42,717 bases of DNA from a virus (taxonomy: Duplodnaviria; Caudoviricetes): IMG/VR virus record IMGVR_UViG_3300049844_000160, positions 1-42,717 of that record, one strand, 5' to 3'. Both the position numbers and the translations under genes were made by a program. A model generated the notes under the pieces. The model had not been told where the DNA came from. It was given only the letters and a program-made list of their open reading frames with translations, and ran no database searches. Shown here piece after piece: positions 18,569-25,591 of this stretch. Each line of letters opens with the position of its first letter. Within the stretch, counting starts at the first letter, position 1.

Positions 18569-18597
18569 TGTCTAAAGCTTGAAAAAAACTCTGTCAA
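18569..18597 (-). promoter_or_regulatory. Candidate sigma70 promoter, leftward
   Basis: Perfect TTGACA, 17-nt spacer, weak -10 TAGACA. Confidence 0.4.
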
Positions 18598-18840
18598 AAA
18601 AACTCAGGTGGGATTCGCATATAAATTATAATAATGCGCGGACCCCCACCCCCCCCTAACAATCAAGCTAGCGTCTAAGTACCTGTAGGCTGGTGCAAGT
18701 GGCTGAATACAGGTGGCGACACAGGCGGCGGCGCGCCGGGTACATCATAAGCGGCGATGGATGCATCCGTATTGATTAGCTAATTTAGGTTTTGGAAAAT
18801 CACCTTTTGCTTTTGGCTTTTTTAGCTGTTGAACATTTAG

Positions 18841-18924
18841 TTATGCATACAAGTTCTACACCAATCTAATGCACTGTATTTCTTAGCGATTCATTTTTTC
18901 TTAACATTTTATGTATACAAGTTC
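18841..18924. repeat. 16-bp direct repeat TTATG(C/T)ATACAAGTTC
   Basis: Copies at 18841-18856 and 18909-18924 (15/16 identical), each with AACATTT just upstream. Confidence 0.75.
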
Positions 18925-18979
18925 GCCGGTTTTATAAATACCCGGCGCTGTAAGCTGTTGGAATTGAATTAAATTCGTG

Positions 18980-18996
18980 TTGGCATGCCAGTTGCA
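18980..18996 (+). promoter_or_regulatory. Sigma54 (-24/-12) promoter
   Basis: TTGGCATGCCAGTTGCA versus consensus TGGCACG-N4-TTGCW; exact GG-N10-GC spacing; intergenic, at the head of the rightward operon. Confidence 0.75.
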
Positions 18997-19007
18997 TCTT
19001 ACAAGGT

Positions 19008-19124
19008 ATGACACTGCAGACAAAACAAAGAATAGAACGTCAAGCAACTTTGACGATTATTATTAACAACATTGCAGCAATTGCAATGGCGGCAATCGTA
19101 GTGATTGCTGCAATACTTAACTAA
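19008..19124 (+). CDS. Small membrane peptide (38 aa)
   Basis: Manual ORF MTLQTKQRIERQATLTIIINNIAAIAMAAIVVIAAILN; its ATG lies at the predicted sigma54 start site. Confidence 0.55.
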   Translation: MTLQTKQRIERQATLTIIINNIAAIAMAAIVVIAAILN

Positions 19125-19133
19125 GGGGACAAT

Positions 19134-19691
19134 GTGAATATATTAAAAGACGCACACAACAGATTAGTCAACAGTTTCGCTGCAAGGCACGGTACTAAGA
19201 CGCATAAGACGGTACGAAGTTATCATGGTGTTTTTTGCCCATACATTATGCGTAAAGACAGAATCGAAATTGTGTCAATAAAAGACTTGGGCAAGGCTAT
19301 GAGTTTCAGAATAATTGAATTCGCACCTATTGCCCGAGACTCTTCTGAATACGGTTTGAGTGACCCCTTTGCGTGGATGGATCGCAAGTATGGTGTTTCC
19401 AAAGCAGCCTTGCAGCAACTAACAATGCTTGTGGAACCAGTTAAGATTTTAATTAAGACACACTCCGATCTAATTGCTTGTGAAGAGTATAGGGCAATTT
19501 TAAAAGAATTGGTTTCCAAAGGACATGACGTTGAGATTCAACTTATGACCGCGTGGGGCCTCAATACAGAAGACGCTCGAATACTGCTTCCAGCAGCGCC
19601 CTCTGAAAAACGTCTTAACAATGCGTTTGAATATTTAAAAGCAGACGGCCTCAATGTTTCCAGAGTGTCACTTAGCGGAAAGGCGGCCTAA
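19134..19691 (+). CDS. Hypothetical (putative early) protein
   Basis: 185-aa ORF with AAGGGG SD. Confidence 0.7.
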   Translation: MNILKDAHNRLVNSFAARHGTKTHKTVRSYHGVFCPYIMRKDRIEIVSIKDLGKAMSFRIIEFAPIARDSSEYGLSDPFAWMDRKYGVSKAALQQLTMLVEPVKILIKTHSDLIACEEYRAILKELVSKGHDVEIQLMTAWGLNTEDARILLPAAPSEKRLNNAFEYLKADGLNVSRVSLSGKAA

Positions 19692-19692
19692 C

Positions 19693-19992
19693 ATGACAAA
19701 ACCAGACTTGGTTTCCCAATGTATTGAACTACTCCGAAACAACGAGAAGTTTATTAAAGCAGATATCCTAGGAATCAAAGACTCATTCAAGGGTCTAATT
19801 GACTTCAGACTAGGTATTGACCTCTCTGAATCAGGCATGAGTGTCGAAGATTATAAAACAACAACAGGGGATCTGCCTTTTGAAAGTGATTTAAAAGCAC
19901 ACGTGATTATAGACACCCGTAATTTGCCAAAGGAATTAGACACCTACTTCGAAGACCTTGTGAATCAAATATGTGACGAGGCGGCATTATGA
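19693..19992 (+). CDS. Hypothetical (putative early) protein
   Basis: ATG directly after the upstream stop. Confidence 0.7.
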   Translation: MTKPDLVSQCIELLRNNEKFIKADILGIKDSFKGLIDFRLGIDLSESGMSVEDYKTTTGDLPFESDLKAHVIIDTRNLPKELDTYFEDLVNQICDEAAL

Positions 19993-20150
19993 CAATCGAA
20001 AAACTCCACGCCCTTGCAACAAAGCTAGATGCAATAGGGGCCGACTACCTAGCACAAGTTGTGCGGAAGTTAATTAAAGAAAAAATAGACGTTGAAGAAT
20101 TAGAGGCAAAATTGATCCACATGGGGTTCAGAGAGTTAACAAAGGAGTAA
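19989..20150 (+). CDS. Hypothetical protein (53 aa)
   Basis: Manual ORF MTIEKLHALA...LTKE, ATGA-coupled. Confidence 0.6.
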   Translation: MTIEKLHALATKLDAIGADYLAQVVRKLIKEKIDVEELEAKLIHMGFRELTKE

Positions 20151-20154
20151 CAAA

Positions 20155-20373
20155 ATGAGAAAGAAAAACAAGAATCGTGATTTTTCCAAATTAGTAAAAT
20201 ATGTCGATGCATTTGCATACGCAATGGAGATGCAATTTATGGATATTAAAAATTGGGATGGCAACCTTATAGAGGCATTCGGGGCCATAACGGCATTGAA
20301 GTTCCTGCTAGAATCACAAGGTAAAACTAAAACTATACAAATAATTAAGATATTCATGCAAGAAAAGGGGTAG
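20155..20373 (+). CDS. Hypothetical protein
   Basis: AAGGAG SD. Confidence 0.65.
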   Translation: MRKKNKNRDFSKLVKYVDAFAYAMEMQFMDIKNWDGNLIEAFGAITALKFLLESQGKTKTIQIIKIFMQEKG

Positions 20374-20377
20374 GAAC

Positions 20378-20689
20378 ATGAAAATACTTATAGCATCACT
20401 CATATTAATATCAGCATGCAGCTCTACTAATCCAAGAGAAATACAATTCAGTGAAGAGGCAGTGAAACAAGTCAATGCAGTACCCTCAACCGATATAGCA
20501 AAATGTCAAATAACTTGTTTTAGAAGTGCTCATAAAGGAATCAGCAATGTATCTGCGGTACAGTTGTTTAACTATTTAGACCTCTCGAAATTCACTACTG
20601 AATTGCAGAATTGTAACTTCGGTTGTTTCAGAATCCGAAACGAATGGGATGATTTGCAAAACCAATTAACAAAGGCGGCGTCTAATTAA
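20378..20689 (+). CDS. Lipoprotein
   Basis: MKILIASLILISAC signal peptide II/lipobox; two CxxxCFR motifs. Confidence 0.7.
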   Translation: MKILIASLILISACSSTNPREIQFSEEAVKQVNAVPSTDIAKCQITCFRSAHKGISNVSAVQLFNYLDLSKFTTELQNCNFGCFRIRNEWDDLQNQLTKAASN

Positions 20690-20740
20690 CTACCTCGCGC
20701 GCGTTTATATGCGAGAGTCTTGTTTTGAAAAAGGAGATTT

Positions 20741-20956
20741 ATGGAAACTATATTTGGATTCTTCAAAAAGTTCATAATCTTGTTAGTTGTTTACGGAGCT
20801 GTATCAATGACTCACCTCCAATGGACTCACCATAAACAATCCAAGGCAGACGGTTTAGAAAAGTGCCAACCAGTATGTCGAACCAATCCGGTCCTGTCTT
20901 ACAAAGACGGGGTCTGTTCTTGTGACCTGAAAGTTCAAAACTTCAAAATTAATTAG
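20741..20956 (+). CDS. Small membrane-anchored Cys-rich protein
   Basis: AAGGAG SD, TM segment, CxxxC...CxC. Confidence 0.65.
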   Translation: METIFGFFKKFIILLVVYGAVSMTHLQWTHHKQSKADGLEKCQPVCRTNPVLSYKDGVCSCDLKVQNFKIN

Positions 20957-20987
20957 CCCCCCCCCTACTATTTAGAAAGGACCGACC

Positions 20988-21527
20988 ATGACCCCCATTT
21001 CCCCAAATCAAGCAAAAGCCCTTTTAAACACCCTCGCGCATATTGATATGCGAAGGACAGAAGATGCTTTGGTTTTAGAAACCTTAATTAGGACTGGGGT
21101 TAGATCAATTGAGGCAGTTCAAATGACGGCTAATGATTTAGACCCAGAAACAGGGACCCTACAGGTTCATGCAGCTAAAGGCTCAAAGGACCATTTAGTT
21201 CCATTGCCCCAGACCTTTGCTAAACGGCTCCACGCTCATTTAACCAAGTACGGGACCCTCATAGGTTACTACACAGCCACCAAGTCACTGGAAGACCGGA
21301 CACGCCGTTTAAGAGATATCTTTGCCAGAAACAGGAGCCTTTTCCCTCCAAACACCTCGCTGCATTCCCTCCGCGCCGCATTCGCCATACTTATCTACAC
21401 CAAGACCCGGGACATCATGTTAACCAAAGACATGCTAGGACACCGCAGCTTAAACTCGACGGATGCCTACGTTCAGATAGTTCGCACGTTCGCACGGCGA
21501 AAGGACATCCTAAAAAGTTTTAAGTAA
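20988..21527 (+). CDS. Short tyrosine recombinase (catalytic domain only)
   Basis: Complete catalytic set: TGVRxxE, K (AAKG), HSLR, LGH, TxxY; only 179 aa. Confidence 0.9.
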   Translation: MTPISPNQAKALLNTLAHIDMRRTEDALVLETLIRTGVRSIEAVQMTANDLDPETGTLQVHAAKGSKDHLVPLPQTFAKRLHAHLTKYGTLIGYYTATKSLEDRTRRLRDIFARNRSLFPPNTSLHSLRAAFAILIYTKTRDIMLTKDMLGHRSLNSTDAYVQIVRTFARRKDILKSFK

Positions 21528-21549
21528 CCCCCCTACCGTTGTACAGAAA

Positions 21550-21740
21550 CTCAAAAGTTATCCACATTTTTACGTAAACCTACGTAAACCTACGTAATTT
21601 TCAAGTAACTAAACTATTGTTATTATTATTATATATATATATTTACGTATATTCGTAGATATATATAGTTATAAAACCATATACGGAAACGGGGGAATGT
21701 TCTTTTATATAGGCGGAACGTACGAATCTACGAAAAATGA
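21550..21740. other. Candidate replication origin
   Basis: DnaA box TTATCCACA at 21558-21566, tandem TACGTAAACC x2 plus TACGTAA at 21571-21597, TATT/(AT)n tract, further TACG/CGTA units; just downstream of the primase-helicase gene. Confidence 0.6.
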
Positions 21741-21828
21741 AGAAAAACTAATAAATACAGTAACATGCTTTCGTTTCAAATGGCTGTATTGGCATTATAA
21801 GCCACAACCACGGCAAAAAACGTCTACG

Positions 21829-24135
21829 CTACTTCCAAACGTAGTGAGTTTTCCCACCAACGCCGTGCACAATATGGCCGTCATCGAGCAATTCCTTTAG
21901 ATGCTCCGCAACAACCCGCATCGGCGGTTCTTTCCCAGTCAAAGCCTTCAAATGAGCACTAATACGTTTCTTTAAATTTGAGCGTTCTTCACGATTGCTC
22001 TTGCCCTTGGCCCGAAGCCTTAGTCTTTCAACTAAACGTTCCTGAAGGCTTGCCTCCCGATCTTTCATATAACGAACCACAGAACCCTGAGACAGGGTCA
22101 TGACCTCAACGGCCCATTTGGCACCTTCCATAGTAATTCGCCCAATCGCACCGCATCCTACGTACCAGCAAGCCAATAAACGGCATATATTCTCTATCCG
22201 CCTTGTTAAAAGAACTGATTGAGGATGTTGGTCCCCATCGCTAACAGTAGCGTCTAGCTCGGCCCTAACACGTAATACGTCTTTAGCGTGTTGGTTTAAG
22301 AATTGTCTGGCATCGTGGTCTATTTTGAGTGCAGTTGGCACAATGGCAGTCATCCAGTTGTCTTGGGTCAGGCTAAAACTTTGGTTTTCAAGTACAGGTG
22401 GACGACATAGACTCGAAGTAACCGCATCAATGATTTCTGGTGAGAAGTCGGATTCGGTATCGTCTAAGTTGATCTGTGCATCGTCTTTAAAGAAATCAGT
22501 TCTTGGGTCATTGGTTCTTGTTTCTATGAAGAACATGGCTCTACTTACTAAACCCTTTTCCCAAGCGGCTTGATTGCCAACAAGAGCCTGCAGCCCCCGT
22601 GGTGTTGTAGAGCCCAGCCATACCAGATGTGGATTTTTAATTGGTGTGATACGTTTTGTTTTGTCTGTGACAGCATTTTCGCCGATTTCTGACCTTCCGG
22701 CTGACCACAATCGGCACAGGTGTTCTACGGTTATCTTATGTGGACTGTTGAGATTGAAATCGAGTTGTTCAAACAGACCTGACACCTCGTCTTGTACATC
22801 AACCCTGACTCGTTTGACGTTTCTATTCAGCCCCAACAGTACGCCCTTAGATGAGTCATACATGTCATAGCCGATGTATTTGTTACCTTCTGCAGAAACC
22901 TTAGAAAGCAGCCGTTTCACAGCTCTTTGGGGAGCATCTTTGCCAAAGCCAGTGGGAGCTATGTTCATTATGAAGAGATTGGGAGCTGCTTTATGGAATG
23001 AATACGCATTTGAAGCACAGGCTGATAATACGGCGAGCCCTGAACCTAGAGTTAGAGCCGGTGAGTAGTTTTCAGATTCGTTTACGAGGTAAGTGCTCCA
23101 AGCATCTAGAAATGGTACTTGGCCTAGCAGGTGTTGGTAACGCTCAACGGTAGGCATTTCAAAAAAACCATCTCTCATCAGGTTTTGAGCATCAAGACCG
23201 ATATCTGGTTCAACAACATTCTGTATAATTTCGATTTTATACTCAGGCTTCATGTCTCCGTTGGAAGTCGAGCGGACTCTGGCACGTTCGACGAACTTCA
23301 CTGCACGTTCAAATACACTCAGCTTTCCGCCGTCTTTATGTTCGCCATTGTCGGCAAACCAGGCATCCTTGCCGTACATTTTCTCATCTAGCTCTACGAG
23401 TTTCCTGGCTACATCCTCAACGGATTCACCATTGAGTTGCATGTTGCAGCACATGGCATAGGCAGAAGCAGTGAGATAGTTGTTGCGGCCACCACGCCCC
23501 ATGATTGGTGATTCGGAGCCAAGCATTCCACCCACACCTGCGACACCATTCCCGTTACCAGCACCGCTACCATTCCCAGTACCAGTACCAGTAGCACCAG
23601 ATTTCATGGTGCGAAATATCTTACGAGCCTTGCAGAGGTTGGCTAGTTTTTCGAATGTGGCGTTGGGGTCTTTTAGTTCTGTGAGTTCATCAACGGCTTC
23701 AAGTTCACTGCACTGAAACGTGTAGGGTTCTTTAGTATCAGGATGCACACTGGGTGGCATTACAGATTGAGCACCAATACCGAGCAGCTCTACAGGGTAG
23801 AGTTTGTCTCGCTTAGTGTTTACGGCAACAGAAGTTTTATAGAAAGCAGTGAGACCTGTTTTGCCACGTTTCACGACTTTCGATTCTGGAAGTTCATTGA
23901 GAAGCCACTCATCATCGGTGTCGATATCAAGAGCTACAAGACCGCGACCTAGCACCACACCAAGACCTGTTGATTTAATGGTTAGTGAAGTCATGGCTTC
24001 GACTTCTTTGGCAGTTTGAGGATTTACAGAGAACCAAGGCCAATCTTTTACTGCAGGAACTTTGCCGTTTACTGGAATTACAGAGTAGCCCAACTCGTGG
24101 TATTTCATGGCGAAGTCACTAAAAATTGATGACAC
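21829..24135 (-). CDS. Bifunctional primase-polymerase (Prim-Pol) fused to DUF3987-like helicase/ATPase
   Basis: GYSVIPVxGKxP, ALDID and VMPPSVHPDT Prim-Pol motifs; GGRNNxL PriCT-like motif; Walker A APTGFGKD and Walker B VQDE. Confidence 0.88.
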   Translation of the reverse strand: MSSIFSDFAMKYHELGYSVIPVNGKVPAVKDWPWFSVNPQTAKEVEAMTSLTIKSTGLGVVLGRGLVALDIDTDDEWLLNELPESKVVKRGKTGLTAFYKTSVAVNTKRDKLYPVELLGIGAQSVMPPSVHPDTKEPYTFQCSELEAVDELTELKDPNATFEKLANLCKARKIFRTMKSGATGTGTGNGSGAGNGNGVAGVGGMLGSESPIMGRGGRNNYLTASAYAMCCNMQLNGESVEDVARKLVELDEKMYGKDAWFADNGEHKDGGKLSVFERAVKFVERARVRSTSNGDMKPEYKIEIIQNVVEPDIGLDAQNLMRDGFFEMPTVERYQHLLGQVPFLDAWSTYLVNESENYSPALTLGSGLAVLSACASNAYSFHKAAPNLFIMNIAPTGFGKDAPQRAVKRLLSKVSAEGNKYIGYDMYDSSKGVLLGLNRNVKRVRVDVQDEVSGLFEQLDFNLNSPHKITVEHLCRLWSAGRSEIGENAVTDKTKRITPIKNPHLVWLGSTTPRGLQALVGNQAAWEKGLVSRAMFFIETRTNDPRTDFFKDDAQINLDDTESDFSPEIIDAVTSSLCRPPVLENQSFSLTQDNWMTAIVPTALKIDHDARQFLNQHAKDVLRVRAELDATVSDGDQHPQSVLLTRRIENICRLLACWYVGCGAIGRITMEGAKWAVEVMTLSQGSVVRYMKDREASLQERLVERLRLRAKGKSNREERSNLKKRISAHLKALTGKEPPMRVVAEHLKELLDDGHIVHGVGGKTHYVWK

Positions 24136-24137
24136 TC

Positions 24138-24166
24138 TTGCGGTCCTCCGAATCCCTTGGTAAGTC
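24138..24166 (+). promoter_or_regulatory. Candidate sigma70 promoter for the replication operon
   Basis: TTGCGG-17 nt-TAAGTC with extended TG; the predicted +1 coincides with ATG 24173. Confidence 0.4.
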
Positions 24167-24172
24167 CTTTAC

Positions 24173-24400
24173 ATGCAGAAAAACAAAAATAACTTTAAAA
24201 ATAGGAAATTCATATCCTACTGTAGAAAAAATTTTATATCTCTGGGACACGCTGGCAAAGTGTTCGGAATCAGTCCGCAATCACTAAGTCAATACATTCA
24301 CGGTGAATATACTCCCAGATATCAAAGAGTAATGAGTATTGAGAAAATTACAAAGGGCGCTGTGCCAGCAAGTTCATGGGTGCACTATGAAAATAAATAA
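24173..24400 (+). CDS. Cro-like HTH transcriptional regulator
   Basis: AxxFGISPQSLSQY...P......IEKITKGAV pattern of Cro/YdaS-like proteins. Confidence 0.8.
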   Translation: MQKNKNNFKNRKFISYCRKNFISLGHAGKVFGISPQSLSQYIHGEYTPRYQRVMSIEKITKGAVPASSWVHYENK

Positions 24401-25103
24401 CACCAAGGATATCCAATACAAACCGTCATACGTTTGTGTTTACGGATGTTCAGGAATTGGTAAGACAAGCTTAGCCAAGACGCTGCCACCTACAAGAACT
24501 TTGATAGTAGATGCAGAGTCAGGACTTGCCTCACTTGCATCAACAGATGCAAAGCATGGTATAGATAACATCTCGCTTTCAAAAGATGACAACGGGAAAT
24601 CGTTGAAAGAAGAAGACCGTTATCAAAGATTTAAAGAGTTCATGCAGCTCATCCAACAGCCAGAGATGAAAAAGAAATATGATTACATCTTTATAGATTC
24701 GCTCACTGAGATTGGACAGAACATACAGAAGCACATGGCCTCAATTCACGAGGGCTTTAAGTTATGGGGAGAGTACACCTCTGCGATGATGAGTATGGTG
24801 AAGTTCTTTCGTGACCTTGATCACTACACGATTATTTTCGTGGCACTAGAAGGGCGCATTGAAGATGATTCTGGTAATTCCTCAGCGTATCCTGATATCG
24901 GCGGGAAGAAGGCAAAGGAATATTTGCTCCCAGCATTTGATGAATGTTTCAGGATGATAGTGGATGGCGACAAGAACAGATGGCTTGTCACTCAGAGTAC
25001 AGCGAAGACACAAGCGAAAGACAGAAGCGGCAAGCTGAGTGAACTTGAAGCTCCGCACTTGGGGAATATATTGGCTAAAATACGAGGAGAAAAAACCACA
25101 TGA
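24387..25103 (+). CDS. AAA_24 / Sak4-like ATPase
   Basis: YGxSGIGKTS, IVDAExG, IFIDSLTE and AKDRSG motifs; start ATG 24387 inferred. Confidence 0.85.
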   Translation: MKINNTKDIQYKPSYVCVYGCSGIGKTSLAKTLPPTRTLIVDAESGLASLASTDAKHGIDNISLSKDDNGKSLKEEDRYQRFKEFMQLIQQPEMKKKYDYIFIDSLTEIGQNIQKHMASIHEGFKLWGEYTSAMMSMVKFFRDLDHYTIIFVALEGRIEDDSGNSSAYPDIGGKKAKEYLLPAFDECFRMIVDGDKNRWLVTQSTAKTQAKDRSGKLSELEAPHLGNILAKIRGEKTT

Positions 25104-25570
25104 GTAATTATAACTTTGACTACACAAAAGACACAGAAACCAAGGGTGATATTGCACCATTAGCAGACGGCATATACGACGGCACCATAGAGAAGACAGA
25201 AATGAAGACGCCCAAAACAGGTGGAGCTCCATATATCAATTGCCAGATTCGTCTTGCGAACAATCGAGTATTGTTTGAGCGCATTGCACTTAACTCTACG
25301 AACCCACAAGCAAAGGAAGTGGCTGAAAAAAAGCTAAAGAACATTGTTGTGAATGCAATAGCAAAGACAGCGGAAAAAAAAACAAGTTTTACCTCCCTCG
25401 AAGACATTGCTTCCTACTTACATGGCTTACCAGTTAAAATTAAATACCAATACAAAGGAAAAAACGACAAGGGCTACGACCAAGAGCAGTTGTGGTATCA
25501 GCCAGTGGATGATGCAGTTAGAAGTACCGGCACACCTGCCACAGCCAAAACTAAGGGACCTAGTTACTAA
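25100..25570 (+). CDS. DUF669-like ssDNA-binding protein
   Basis: PLxDGxYxxxI..KT.KTG..YI pattern; usual partner downstream of AAA_24. Confidence 0.7.
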   Translation: MSNYNFDYTKDTETKGDIAPLADGIYDGTIEKTEMKTPKTGGAPYINCQIRLANNRVLFERIALNSTNPQAKEVAEKKLKNIVVNAIAKTAEKKTSFTSLEDIASYLHGLPVKIKYQYKGKNDKGYDQEQLWYQPVDDAVRSTGTPATAKTKGPSY

Positions 25571-25591
25571 TTACAGTCATCGTAGCAACAA

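Noticed and set aside
18612-18640. dif (XerCD) site
   Set aside because: Only the left arm resembles a XerC site; there is no TTATGTTAAAT-like XerD arm at 6-bp spacing.
21571-21597. CRISPR or mini-array
   Set aside because: 10-bp units in direct tandem with no spacers; no repeat-spacer array or cas gene was seen anywhere in the window.
21697-21900. 67-aa ORF in the origin-like region
   Set aside because: Overlaps the repeat-rich region and the convergent Prim-Pol 3' end; no recognisable features.
23525-23602. Tandem ACCAGT/ACCATT-like repeats as a DNA element
   Set aside because: Explained by the Gly-X linker (GATGTGTGNGSGAGNGNG) between primase and helicase domains.
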